Virus record (IMG/VR): IMGVR_UViG_3300037847_006237
Span: 1-58,778 of that record
DNA length: 58,778 bases
Reading direction: 5' to 3' (one strand)
From: a virus
Lineage: Duplodnaviria > Caudoviricetes
The position numbers and the translations under genes are program-made. Within the stretch, counting starts at the first letter, position 1. Every line of letters begins with the position of its first letter. A model generated the notes under the pieces. The model was not told the origin of the DNA, did not search any database, and was given only the letters and a program-made list of their open reading frames with translations. Positions 45,599-56,340 of this stretch are shown here, one piece after another.

Positions 45599-46632
45599 TA
45601 TATAACCTCGCCATTATTATTCCAACGAAACTTTGTAGGATCGGGCCAAGATTTAATTCTCCAGCCAGCCCAAGGCTTTTTTGGTCCTCCTGCGTGATAA
45701 ATATTAGAAGATCCATAAAAACACTGCCTAAAAAGCACGTAAGAGCTAGCCGTCCTAACGGCTTCTAGATTATTCCACACGAAACCATTTTGTAAATCGC
45801 AATCTATTATATCTTGCAAAGCGCCCTGATCGTAATAAGAAAGATATTCTATAAGTCCTTCATTTTGTAATAGCATTAATCTGTCCTTCCATTGCGTTAT
45901 TATGCTTAAATCTTTCTGACTGCAACCGATTATTCCCGCGCAAGGCCAATAATTAGACGGCTTTTCTCGCCAATTAACTTTTGGGCGAGGCAATGCGTCA
46001 TATATCTTTTCTTTATTACTGTTCAGCGGCGGGGAATGACTTCCGTGGTCAGGTATAAAAAATTTCTCTTTGGAAATTTGCAGCATTTCTTCTAGGTTTT
46101 TATTACACCAAGTATCTGCATCCAACCAAAGAACACAGTCACTATAAGTCAGAGCGTCCTCTATGTACCAAGGCTTATTAAGCGTCTGCCAACCATCGTA
46201 ATCTTTGCTTATCTCAAGCCCTATAGTTTTAAACTCTACACCCCATTTTTGCATTTGGGATTTGAGTTTTTCGTTTTTTATTCCTAGATCATAACAGACA
46301 AATCTGGTGTTGTTTTTATTTAAAACGGTCCAAGCCAAAAGATAAGCGCCATTAATAAAATTTTCATCAGTTGCAGTAACAACAGTGCATTGATTAGGCA
46401 TATCAAACCTTTCAGGCTCATCCTCAGTAAAAAACTCATAAGGAAAAACACAATAAGAAGAAGATATCTCTTTTTCTAAACTTTTTAGTTCTTTTTTTAT
46501 AGCCTCTTTATTAGATCTGATAAATTCTCTATCTTCATTTGTGCATGATGACCAAGGCGAAACTCCTAAGTTTCCGTTATCTTTCACCCTTACTTCATAC
46601 CCCATAGATCTAATTTTATCAATTAAACTCAT
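45598..46632 (-). CDS. GT-A glycosyltransferase (GT8/GT77-like) with an N-terminal TubC_N-like domain
   Basis: VTATDENF, YDLG, KPW.I, WLDAD, YDQGAL, HAGG.KKPW. Start MSLIDK at 46632 after GGAG. Confidence 0.75.
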   Translation of the reverse strand: MSLIDKIRSMGYEVRVKDNGNLGVSPWSSCTNEDREFIRSNKEAIKKELKSLEKEISSSYCVFPYEFFTEDEPERFDMPNQCTVVTATDENFINGAYLLAWTVLNKNNTRFVCYDLGIKNEKLKSQMQKWGVEFKTIGLEISKDYDGWQTLNKPWYIEDALTYSDCVLWLDADTWCNKNLEEMLQISKEKFFIPDHGSHSPPLNSNKEKIYDALPRPKVNWREKPSNYWPCAGIIGCSQKDLSIITQWKDRLMLLQNEGLIEYLSYYDQGALQDIIDCDLQNGFVWNNLEAVRTASSYVLFRQCFYGSSNIYHAGGPKKPWAGWRIKSWPDPTKFRWNNNGEVI

Positions 46633-47786
46633 ACTTCTCCCTCGTCGTAGCACTCATCATCAATAATCGGGCCTACTAAAACATCTGAGTCGGCAGCAGT
46701 CGCTATTCCAGCAATTGCAGCTTCTTGAGCGGAAAGTACGTTTGCATAATATGTGGCATTATGATCTGCTTCTGCAACAGATTGAATATTTACAGAGCAA
46801 AAACTAGAGCTATTCCAAGCCTTCTCAGCATCACAAGCCCAAGTATATAAATAGTCCTCAAACCCATCAGACCCCTCTAATGTGCAGTACGCTTTGTCTG
46901 GATTGTAGCAAATTTCAACAGCCCAAAAAATAGTATGATAATTATTTCCAATAGAGCTATTAGGAAATTGATCGTAGGCGTGCGCCTTCCATACAAGCCT
47001 TGTGCTGCTACCATAACCGCTATAAGAGGGGTTGGCTATTCCCGGTAGAGTAGGGCCAGCACCACTATACGCCCCATTTCCAGATATCTCTATCAAGTAG
47101 ATGTTACGAACTCTTGATGTGTTTTCTGGCGGAATGTCTGGACAAGGATCTACGCAAGAGTAATCGCAGTTACAGTCTGGACACTGGCTTAGAATATAGG
47201 GTTCATAGCCACCGTATAGATCTGCATCTATCCACGCACAATTAGTAAGATCGTCAAAAGTAGCACGTATTTCTTCGCGTATATCATGATATGTTTTTTC
47301 ACAGTAAGGATCGTCAATGTATTCAACAGTATTAAAGCAATCCGAAGCATTAATCCATGTTTTTTCTAGTTCGCATCCCCAGTTTAAAAGTTCGTTGTAG
47401 TAAGATTCGGCAGGAGCCAGCATGTCGTTCATTAAATCATAATCGCTATAGCAGTATTCAACCACCCAGTTGTGTTGATGGTAGTTTCTTCCTGCGTCAG
47501 CGCCTACGGTATCCTCGATATGATAATGCCAAAGTAGGGTGGCTCCCTCTCTTATAGGTATATTTGTATAAGGAGGTTCCTCTGGATTATTACGGTCAGT
47601 ATTACCAGAAATTCCTACTGTTAACATTAAGACAACTCTGCTACAAGGAACATTACAACAACAAGCCTTAGTGAACGCTATTCTTCCGGGCTCTCCCCTG
47701 TTCAAAGCCTCTATTTTACCTCCGGTAAAAACTAGTTTACCTTCATGAAATTGAAGCTTTCTCGTTAAATCGCTAAGGTGTGTCAT
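46629..47786 (-). CDS. Cys-rich acidic protein with an internal tandem duplication (putative tail-associated)
   Basis: ISGN..L.W...G.NYH...W.VE.CY...L..W.C..EK.W....C occurs twice. Confidence 0.55.
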   Translation of the reverse strand: MTHLSDLTRKLQFHEGKLVFTGGKIEALNRGEPGRIAFTKACCCNVPCSRVVLMLTVGISGNTDRNNPEEPPYTNIPIREGATLLWHYHIEDTVGADAGRNYHQHNWVVEYCYSDYDLMNDMLAPAESYYNELLNWGCELEKTWINASDCFNTVEYIDDPYCEKTYHDIREEIRATFDDLTNCAWIDADLYGGYEPYILSQCPDCNCDYSCVDPCPDIPPENTSRVRNIYLIEISGNGAYSGAGPTLPGIANPSYSGYGSSTRLVWKAHAYDQFPNSSIGNNYHTIFWAVEICYNPDKAYCTLEGSDGFEDYLYTWACDAEKAWNSSSFCSVNIQSVAEADHNATYYANVLSAQEAAIAGIATAADSDVLVGPIIDDECYDEGEV

Positions 47787-47797
47787 ATATAATGCCC

Positions 47798-50700
47798 TTA
47801 ATCTTCGTCGTCAAAAACACAATCTTCACCCTCGTAAACATCATCATCAAGATCACAATGATTCCATACGTCCACCTTTTTCTTTTGGGTAGTTATAGTT
47901 CTTGTGCCAATGATTATATCATGCACTAGTTCAATCGTGTCAAACATATCCATATATACAACCATCCAGTAACACTCTGGTTCTGAGCCTGAACAAAGTT
48001 GAGCAGCGCCAAGTTCTGGTAATTCTTGCCCTCCTAAATCTATAGTAACAGAATTTGTAGATCTATCTACGTCTACTATGTCATAAGTAAGGTCGCCTTG
48101 TTTTATCTGTGCATTAACGCCAGAAGCTCTAGTGGGCAACAATCCTTCTACCGTAATAACTGCTTGATCGCTTGCTCTTACTACGTCTTTAATTGTAATA
48201 TCTTCACAAACAACCCCAGCGCCATCGTAGTCAGGATCATCGTGGCAGGGTCCATTAGGTAAATAGTCCCAAACACGCATCGCTACGCCTTTTCTTCCTC
48301 TTAGATCACTTTCAAATCTTCTTGGGTATTCTCCACCGAAAAAGCCCTCCATAGGGTCTTTAATTTTAATGTAGCCCCCAGCGTTGGAAGTTGGATCTAC
48401 TTCCCAAGCTCCCCTTAGTGGGTCAGGCGTAACAGAAATCTCGTCGGGAACACTCGTTACGCCACAAGGATATTGAGTTATTCTACCAATTATTTCTTCA
48501 ATTTCCGGCCTACTTTCTAGCGTTATACATCTTCTATCTACCTCATTACAATCAGAAAGATAAGGAAGATTTGTGTCTGGGTCTATCGCTCCTGTAAGAT
48601 CGGTAAAAGACTCTATTGTAAAATTGTGATTACCAAGATATCCAGACATATCATTAAGTATGTCAATCATATCCAGCCAGTCATCTTTTCTTAAACTATT
48701 AGGATAGCCATACTCTTTGTTTATTCCGCCTTCATAAATTGTGCCAGTACCACTGACAGGCGCATCCGTTGGTCCTGTCCAAGCGCCTCCGCCAGCAACC
48801 CAAGCGTCGTTAGGGGCGCCGTTGGTAAAGTAAGTACCATTTTCAGAAAGATTTATCCAATCAATAATATGCGATGAGTTATCTGCTAGCCAAGTTGTAG
48901 CATCAAAACCTTCGCCTTCACTAAAGTTGCCCTCATGAGGCCGACCATTCTCAAGATCAGGGTTTGGATGGGTACTGGTTATTGGTTGTAAAGCGCCCCT
49001 AGCAAGACCTTCATTGTTTTGATCGCCTGTTAGCCCATCTCTTGTTTGACATATTGTTATTACTTCACAGTCTTGAGTCATGCTAAACGATTCAGTAAAA
49101 GGAGAGTCTCTCCAAGCATCCATTATGGCCTGAGCAACGTCAGAGGCTGTCATATCGTCATTAATATAAACAGGAACCGCTGGGAAAGCGCTATCAAGAT
49201 AGGTGTACCTGCCATATGTAGGATATTCACTTAATTCTGGACCGGAAGGAAAGTCGTTAGTCTGATCATCATCAGAAAGGTCTCCAACCCAGTCTTTAAC
49301 AAAGAAAAAGTAATGGGCCAAAGTATCGTCTAGCTCGCTATCCAAGGGGTCTGTCGGATCGCCAGTTTCGTTTGTATAAGAGTCTCTAATACCAAAAAAG
49401 TCTCCAGTATAACTAGGATCTGTATTAACGTTTATCTCACTAGCTGCAATTGTTCTAAGCTTCATACAGGCGGCTCCCGGTCTTGGATAACAAGTTTTCA
49501 TAATCCAAAACTCCATATTCATGCCTTCTCCCGGGTTCGTTGCTACGTTATCCTTGGAGCTACCATGATATATAACGTCAGTATGATTCCTCCAGACTTG
49601 TGTTCCATCTGTTTCGCCTTCGTTCTGACAATAATCTAAGTGGTGGTCTGGTTTTCTAGGTTGAAAACCTCCCCAGTCGTAATAATTATTATCGGTTTGC
49701 ATTGGAAATTCTGTAGGGTCGGTAATAGTAGAAGAATTAGCATTGCTATGCCTGCTTATGGCGAGCCACCAAACTTGGGTATCTGTGGTACAAATATCAT
49801 CTGGGTCTTGGGTTTCAAAACCAACCAAATCCACTCCTCCGCCACTACTAAGAGGAACCCATTCATAATTTATCCTCATAACAGTAAGGTAAGAATTTTC
49901 TCCTGCATTCATGCTAAATTTTGGATCTCTATTATAGCACTTAATGATTTCAGGAGGATCGTTATGGGCCAAAGCACCATCACCCTTTTGATCAGAAACC
50001 TTTCTTAAAACTTTAAGATTGAATGTAGTTGGATTCATTGGGCTTTCTGGAGACTCTACATCCGTTACTACTATTCCAGTAAGGGTCTCTAATCCACCAG
50101 ACCAAATCTTTCTTTCCTTGTCCCACATAAGGTTTACTGGGCCGGTCTTCCAAAGATTTCTGTTGTAGGCTAGATTATTATTGAAAAGTCTTATATCCTC
50201 AACAGTTCCGGGTACTGGATTGTTAGCAACATCAAAACCCCAACCAGAAAGAACCATAGGCCCGCGAAGTCCAGCGGGTCTAAACTCAGACAAAGAATCA
50301 ACAGTTTGATCTGTTGTGTAATTATTGCTTGCATTTGTTGCGTATTCTTCTAGATCTAGACCAGTCTTCAAGTTCATAGTTTCTGGAGGAAGTCCATTCT
50401 TATCATGAACAACTATTTGGAAGTCATCAGACATTGCCTTTATATACAGGTTGGCTGGATTTGTTTCTTCTTCTCCATCAGAACCAACAACGTTAAACGT
50501 GTCATTGTCTGTAAATACTGCATAGTTAAAGTAAGGATCTAAGTCGTTGCTTGTTGGCATTATAGAGCCATTATTATCCGCAGAATCGCCTTGGGTGTTC
50601 CTGTAATAATTAAATGTACCTGGAGAATTTTCGTCTCCTTCACCAGCAACGATCTCTTCGTCTATATCTGGGTCTTGAATACTTGGCAAAACGTCATGTT

Positions 50701-53700
50701 GATTTCTTTCTCTATTGCTAGAAAAGCCAACCCAAGTCTGCTCTTTACTCATTCCAAAATTGGTAGAGTAACGTGGACCCACACCAGCGGGATCGGTAAA
50801 CACCACATCGGATATGCTTTCTGTTATTACACTTGTTACTTCTTGATGGTTATTTGGCCTATTTTCAGCAGGGATGAAATCGTCTACAATACTAGCAGAG
50901 CCAACAATGGGACTAATTTCACCAGCGCTTTGTGTGTACGGCTCATATCCGGCATTACCGGCAATAATGGCGACATGCGGATTAAAAGCGCTCTTATTTA
51001 CTGGATTGTCTAAAATCTTTTCTTGTGCTTTAACTGTAGAATCTTTAGCACCAGAAACACTTCCCCCTCCCTTTTGGGCGGCGTTCATTTTATTGCGCCA
51101 AATCCTAGCGACTCTAGACTGATTATATTTTTGAAGTTTTCCGAAGTCGGGAGTCCAAGTATTAAACCTATAAGATGTGGTCATGCCTCCAACGCCTATC
51201 TTAATAGATATGCTTGTAACGTATGGACCAGTGGCAATAAGCCTATCTCCTATGTTATATTCTGGAAACTCGGCAATTTCTATAGAGCCATTTTCTACCT
51301 CTTCCATCGTGGCTATACCAGTATCGGCTTGAGCCTGAGCCGTTTCTGCCATAGTATCTATGCTTCCAAAAGACTCTGGAACTAGCTGGCTATCAAAAAC
51401 AAAGTCTAGTTTTCCGTTTAGATGGTTTGAATTATACCACGGACCCCAAGAGTACCTTTTGCTTTCTTGAGGTATTCCAATGGCTAAAGGTGGAACAATC
51501 GCTGGACCAAATCCGTAAGGTCGCCAATTAATTTCTGTCTTGCCGTTAGAATCCCGAGTAGTCATACCAAGAAGCTCTCTAAAAGCAGGGTTTGCTCTTG
51601 CAAGATCAGTGCCATCAAAAGTCTCATTCATATACAGCAACATGTTAAGAAAGCCATGATCTTTGGAATGAAAAAGATCAGTGGTTTCTACCTGCATTTC
51701 CGTGTCAGCTAAAACAAACGGACTATAATCTACAGAACCCGGCCAATCTATCCACTCTATTCCTTGCTGAAACGATGGTCCTTGGTAAGCAACACCTTGT
51801 ATAGCTGTGGTATTTAACGTCTCGCCTACTGCGCCTTGATTATAACTTCCTAGTTGATATACATTTAAAGGTTTCAATCTTCCCGTAGAGTCGTAAAACT
51901 TTACATTAGAGAGTGGCGCATCTTCTACCCATGCAGAATCAGCCAATCCCCAAGACGGTACTTGAGCTATATCTTCTTTGAAAACTTTAAGGTTGTTTTC
52001 TATTCCGCCCGGTTCTTCTGGCAGCTTAACTAAAAATTTTCTACCATAAAAATTAGTAGCACACTCTGAGACAGCCTGCCAAACCGGACTAGACTCAGCC
52101 GTCTCAATATTAGCTACCTCAATATACCCTAAAAACCTTTCAAACATGCCTGCAAGCTCGGCCCTATTCAAGGCCATTGGTCCTCGCGCACTTCTAGCAA
52201 ACACGTTCGCTATATTGTTTAAAATAACTGGGGCGGGAAGACCACCAAGAGGTCCAGCGGGCTTTGCAAAGCCCAACGCTGCGGCGAATCCTCCGAAATT
52301 ACCATCTGCGCCTACGCTGAATCCCTCATATGCTCCAGAATTAGGATCAAGAAGCCCAAGTGTGTTTTTCCAAACAAACTCAACAAACTTAAAACTAACC
52401 CAAGCATCATATCCCATTCTGGCTTGTCTTAGCTCCATAATCGTTGCCGTATACGATCTATTTCCACCACCACTAAAAGGGCTTGTATAGAGACTCTTAA
52501 CATATAAAGTTACCTCTCTGTCAGAATCATAAGCCCCGTCAGCAACAGTTTCAAAATCTCTGGCTAAAACATAAGCACCACTATTGGTTTGAGCAAATAC
52601 AGGAATTAAATCAGCCGCAGTAGCCAAGAAGTATCTAGAAGCTGGACCCCCAAGAACTATTTTCTGCGTAGGTTCGTTTTGAAACTCTTTTCCAACGCTA
52701 GAATTCACCAAGGTTCCAGCCTCTCTAGCGTCTTCTACATACTGAGCGATAACACCCGGATCTGGAGGCGAAGACTTGTCTATTAGTTTAACTTTTAATA
52801 CAACGTTATCTTGATCTACAAACGGCTCGCCTATATCGTCGCACTCTTCGTTAGTTTCACCAGTGACTTCCCATATATAGTCTCTTTGTGTTAATTCGCA
52901 AACATCAGAAACCAATGAGTTTAAGTCTATATTTGGAGAACCGGAAACCCTATAATATTCTGGAACGACCTCTATAAGCTCAGAAAGGTCTAGCGAATAT
53001 TGAGACTCACCAAAGAAAAGCTTGTCCCCATGTGGGGTTCCGCCCCTAGATATAACCTCTATAGTTTTTAACAATTTTATAGCATCAAAACCTTGAGGAT
53101 TAGTACCAGAGTCGCCCCAAGTGCCAAAACCCCAATCGTCAATTAGTGTGTCGTCAACAAGCCATGTGTCGTCCGGATCATCCCCACTAAGAAGTCCAAG
53201 TGTATAATTTTCAAAATATCCTAACGGATTTAGAACATTTCTAACCAGCCCTTGTTGATAAGGAACCTGAGCGCCTGTCCAAGGTTCAAACTGCGTATCT
53301 CCATAATAAGCAGTGCCTTCAAAAGCATCTAATATTATATGTACACCATCCATAAAGGCAGAAGGTGAAGATAATGTTATGTTGTATTTTTTACCACTAA
53401 TAGATTCAGAATAATTCCACCTTTGAAGAATGCCGCCAAAAAAGAAATCTTTGTATCTAAAATAACAAGCGGTTCCAGCCGTAGGAATATCTGTAATAAA
53501 CCCATTTTCTGGATCATCAACCACTACAAAAGAACAATTAGAAGTATCTCCGCCAAAACCAACGTTGCAATCAACAGAAACAACAAGTCCATTAAACAGA
53601 GTAGGAACAGTTAGGTCTGTTTCTGTTTTTTCTGGAACCAAGAAAGAAAAACTTTCACTCACTACGCTATAGTTTGGATCGCTAGGAGTAAATACGGCAG

Positions 53701-54676
53701 ATATATCTGTAGACTTGTATATCTCAGTTCCCGCTGGAGGACTGTATACCCAAGAACCCGGAACAGGATCTCCTTGCCCCACACTACCTTCAACAGGACT
53801 CAAAGCCTCTACCGGATATTCGGCCTGAGAATTTGTTATGTATGGGGTTTCTTCACTCACTACCTCACAAGGAGAAATAAATCTTTCTCCCTTGCTTCCC
53901 GCTCCCGATTTTTGAACCGTATCCCACTGTATTACAGGAGGTATGGGATTTACAGTTACTGATATCTCTTTGGTTACGGGACTTATGCTGTCGTTATATT
54001 TTTCTTCAAAGGGTTGGTTGCTAGGAGTAAACGTTACAGTGAGAATATGGGTTCCTGCATCAAGAACATCACCAATATTAAAGCTGTACTCGTAATCGCC
54101 CTTAACAACCGCATTTGGAGCAGGGGAGGTGGACACATAAAGCTCTTCAAACGAAGTATTTTCGTCTTCTTCTCTATGTAAGTATCTAGCTTGGGCGGCT
54201 TGAAAATCTGGACCTAAAGGCTCTCCGTAATCCCACTCTGTTTGAGGAATAGTCCAATCGACCTTATCTTCAAGAGAACTTGCAACCCTAACAACTTTAA
54301 TAAAAAGCTTGCCCTCGACACCGCTATCTATGTCGTATGCAGGATCTCCATCTGGATCTAAGTAACTAGATAAGCCCGCCTGACTATTGGCAGTAGTAGT
54401 GAAAGTAACAGATATTTCATTCTTATCACCAACAGGAAGCACGTCCCCAGCAGAGTGACTAAATGTTTTAGTTCCTTGAGCCTCTGTTTTTTCGCCGGTA
54501 AATGGATCAAAGTAGTAAACCTTACAAGCGTCTATATATTCACTGGGTATACCTTCCGGTAATACCAATTCTAGCTCTTGGTTTGGTCCATACCACCTAC
54601 CATGCTCACGCCTTAAATCCTCTTCGGAATTAGGGTTCCATTCTATAAAAACATCTAAAATTTTTGGGGCTGCCAT
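47798..54676 (-). CDS. Large tail/baseplate protein (2292 aa) with N-terminal Ig-like repeats
   Basis: N-terminal repeats (W...YG..L..G.Y.Y..G.VL.AG...VTFTP...Y); central FFGGILQRW, WGPW and PYVTSISI.IG.GG.TTSY.F.TWTP.FGK segments; acidic; in the tail region. Confidence 0.6.
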   Translation of the reverse strand: MAAPKILDVFIEWNPNSEEDLRREHGRWYGPNQELELVLPEGIPSEYIDACKVYYFDPFTGEKTEAQGTKTFSHSAGDVLPVGDKNEISVTFTTTANSQAGLSSYLDPDGDPAYDIDSGVEGKLFIKVVRVASSLEDKVDWTIPQTEWDYGEPLGPDFQAAQARYLHREEDENTSFEELYVSTSPAPNAVVKGDYEYSFNIGDVLDAGTHILTVTFTPSNQPFEEKYNDSISPVTKEISVTVNPIPPVIQWDTVQKSGAGSKGERFISPCEVVSEETPYITNSQAEYPVEALSPVEGSVGQGDPVPGSWVYSPPAGTEIYKSTDISAVFTPSDPNYSVVSESFSFLVPEKTETDLTVPTLFNGLVVSVDCNVGFGGDTSNCSFVVVDDPENGFITDIPTAGTACYFRYKDFFFGGILQRWNYSESISGKKYNITLSSPSAFMDGVHIILDAFEGTAYYGDTQFEPWTGAQVPYQQGLVRNVLNPLGYFENYTLGLLSGDDPDDTWLVDDTLIDDWGFGTWGDSGTNPQGFDAIKLLKTIEVISRGGTPHGDKLFFGESQYSLDLSELIEVVPEYYRVSGSPNIDLNSLVSDVCELTQRDYIWEVTGETNEECDDIGEPFVDQDNVVLKVKLIDKSSPPDPGVIAQYVEDAREAGTLVNSSVGKEFQNEPTQKIVLGGPASRYFLATAADLIPVFAQTNSGAYVLARDFETVADGAYDSDREVTLYVKSLYTSPFSGGGNRSYTATIMELRQARMGYDAWVSFKFVEFVWKNTLGLLDPNSGAYEGFSVGADGNFGGFAAALGFAKPAGPLGGLPAPVILNNIANVFARSARGPMALNRAELAGMFERFLGYIEVANIETAESSPVWQAVSECATNFYGRKFLVKLPEEPGGIENNLKVFKEDIAQVPSWGLADSAWVEDAPLSNVKFYDSTGRLKPLNVYQLGSYNQGAVGETLNTTAIQGVAYQGPSFQQGIEWIDWPGSVDYSPFVLADTEMQVETTDLFHSKDHGFLNMLLYMNETFDGTDLARANPAFRELLGMTTRDSNGKTEINWRPYGFGPAIVPPLAIGIPQESKRYSWGPWYNSNHLNGKLDFVFDSQLVPESFGSIDTMAETAQAQADTGIATMEEVENGSIEIAEFPEYNIGDRLIATGPYVTSISIKIGVGGMTTSYRFNTWTPDFGKLQKYNQSRVARIWRNKMNAAQKGGGSVSGAKDSTVKAQEKILDNPVNKSAFNPHVAIIAGNAGYEPYTQSAGEISPIVGSASIVDDFIPAENRPNNHQEVTSVITESISDVVFTDPAGVGPRYSTNFGMSKEQTWVGFSSNRERNQHDVLPSIQDPDIDEEIVAGEGDENSPGTFNYYRNTQGDSADNNGSIMPTSNDLDPYFNYAVFTDNDTFNVVGSDGEEETNPANLYIKAMSDDFQIVVHDKNGLPPETMNLKTGLDLEEYATNASNNYTTDQTVDSLSEFRPAGLRGPMVLSGWGFDVANNPVPGTVEDIRLFNNNLAYNRNLWKTGPVNLMWDKERKIWSGGLETLTGIVVTDVESPESPMNPTTFNLKVLRKVSDQKGDGALAHNDPPEIIKCYNRDPKFSMNAGENSYLTVMRINYEWVPLSSGGGVDLVGFETQDPDDICTTDTQVWWLAISRHSNANSSTITDPTEFPMQTDNNYYDWGGFQPRKPDHHLDYCQNEGETDGTQVWRNHTDVIYHGSSKDNVATNPGEGMNMEFWIMKTCYPRPGAACMKLRTIAASEINVNTDPSYTGDFFGIRDSYTNETGDPTDPLDSELDDTLAHYFFFVKDWVGDLSDDDQTNDFPSGPELSEYPTYGRYTYLDSAFPAVPVYINDDMTASDVAQAIMDAWRDSPFTESFSMTQDCEVITICQTRDGLTGDQNNEGLARGALQPITSTHPNPDLENGRPHEGNFSEGEGFDATTWLADNSSHIIDWINLSENGTYFTNGAPNDAWVAGGGAWTGPTDAPVSGTGTIYEGGINKEYGYPNSLRKDDWLDMIDILNDMSGYLGNHNFTIESFTDLTGAIDPDTNLPYLSDCNEVDRRCITLESRPEIEEIIGRITQYPCGVTSVPDEISVTPDPLRGAWEVDPTSNAGGYIKIKDPMEGFFGGEYPRRFESDLRGRKGVAMRVWDYLPNGPCHDDPDYDGAGVVCEDITIKDVVRASDQAVITVEGLLPTRASGVNAQIKQGDLTYDIVDVDRSTNSVTIDLGGQELPELGAAQLCSGSEPECYWMVVYMDMFDTIELVHDIIIGTRTITTQKKKVDVWNHCDLDDDVYEGEDCVFDDED

Positions 54677-54690
54677 TTTTTATTTCCTTC

Positions 54691-56337
54691 TTATTGTACC
54701 AAGCCTTCTGGCTCATATTCCCAAGACTCACCTAAAGTATAGGTTCTTGTGTTAGGATTCCACTGCTCTGAAAAACTTCTACAATATCCGCCTTCGGGTC
54801 TGTATTGAGCAGAAAGATCCTCGCCATTAGGTTTTCCATATCCGGGCATCATAGTTATATCAACATTTATTGTAAGTTTTGCGGTCTCTGTCGTTTGCAT
54901 ATCTTGAATAATTGGTCCCTGTAGTCTTCCTATAATAGGAATCACAGCAATAACATCAACATATCCAGTTTGGTTCTGATAGTTTAAACTAACGGATTCT
55001 GTAGCGGCCCCTTCTATGGTTATGGTTCTTGTATCATAAGCCCTACTTAAAGTAATGGTTCCTGATGTTTTGCTGTGTGTCAAAGAATTGCTAATAAACG
55101 CAGGATTTAGATTTTGAATACCTCCAGAATCTAAGTAAGCCTGATTAGCTAGAGCAAAAACATTGCCTTCAAATATACCATAAGCAGAAAGAGCGTTATC
55201 ATACTTTGTAGTGGATTTAGAATTTGAATAATTAGAATCTATACCCTTAAATGTCGCATTGACCGTAATTCCTTCATAAGGAGAGCTTATATTATTTTCA
55301 GAACTTATTTCTATGTCATGGGTTGCAAAAAACGTTTCTTGAGACAGAACCCAAGTATCTGTAACGGAATAGCTACCAGCCGCAACGTCGTGAGATACAT
55401 TTCTCACATGATTATAAGCCCTGTAAGGAATATCTGAATTTGGACCTAGATCATATCCAAGTTCATCAGTTTCGTTAGGCTTATTCATATCAATAGGCAA
55501 GAATCTAGATTTGAAAAACTGATCATCGCCCATCATGTCTTGAAAAACTTCTACTGCCGGATCGTAAACAAGTCTACTCTCAACCCATTGTGCGGCCTGC
55601 CTGAAAGCTTCGCCATCTTCTTCTAGATTTCCAGCATTTTCAGCGTACTTTTTAATACCTACCGCAGACACCGTATGAGTGAGGGAGTATGTTTTTAAAA
55701 TGTCTCCATCCGCTTCATTGTCCTCAAGGTGCATCTCGCCTTCTTGTTCTGAAAGCTCCCAGTTTTCTTCCGCAGAGGCCAATCTATATGTGGCCTGTGT
55801 TACCTCTATATTTCCAAGGTTGTCTGCCGTGGATATCTCTTCATAAGCCTCAAAAACAAAAGAAAAATCTCTGGTTTGTACTCCAAGTTCTTCCTCAGAT
55901 TGTTCTGGCAAATCCACAGACAAAAGTCTAGCGTCTCTAAAGACTATTTCGTTAGCCTTACCGCCATAAGGAGCTATAGAAAGCTTTCCTGCGTTCTGGG
56001 AGGGAAATTGACTTCTAAGAAAGTGTAAGGCTATAATTGTTTCGCCCTGTATCTTATTTTGCCTTTCTCCCGCCTCTGTTATGTCTTGCTCAGGCTCTTC
56101 ACTTTTTATCAGAGCCGTACCGCTTATATTTATTGTAAACTTAGAGCCTATATAGGTTCCATCTGGTGTAGTATTGTTTTCTCTACTTATGGAGTATTTT
56201 GGAAACGGTCCAACAAATCCGCCCTCAACGTCTCCTTCGTCCAAAGGACTATTAGCACCAAACAAAGTTGGGTCAGAGCCACCGCCAATTAAAAGTTTTT
56301 TAGGGTTAGCTTCTACATGCTGTTCAAAAATAATCAT
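54691..56337 (-). CDS. Putative tail protein
   Basis: 548-aa acidic beta-rich ORF between the tape measure and the large tail protein. Confidence 0.5.
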   Translation of the reverse strand: MIIFEQHVEANPKKLLIGGGSDPTLFGANSPLDEGDVEGGFVGPFPKYSISRENNTTPDGTYIGSKFTINISGTALIKSEEPEQDITEAGERQNKIQGETIIALHFLRSQFPSQNAGKLSIAPYGGKANEIVFRDARLLSVDLPEQSEEELGVQTRDFSFVFEAYEEISTADNLGNIEVTQATYRLASAEENWELSEQEGEMHLEDNEADGDILKTYSLTHTVSAVGIKKYAENAGNLEEDGEAFRQAAQWVESRLVYDPAVEVFQDMMGDDQFFKSRFLPIDMNKPNETDELGYDLGPNSDIPYRAYNHVRNVSHDVAAGSYSVTDTWVLSQETFFATHDIEISSENNISSPYEGITVNATFKGIDSNYSNSKSTTKYDNALSAYGIFEGNVFALANQAYLDSGGIQNLNPAFISNSLTHSKTSGTITLSRAYDTRTITIEGAATESVSLNYQNQTGYVDVIAVIPIIGRLQGPIIQDMQTTETAKLTINVDITMMPGYGKPNGEDLSAQYRPEGGYCRSFSEQWNPNTRTYTLGESWEYEPEGLVQ

Positions 56338-56340
56338 AAA

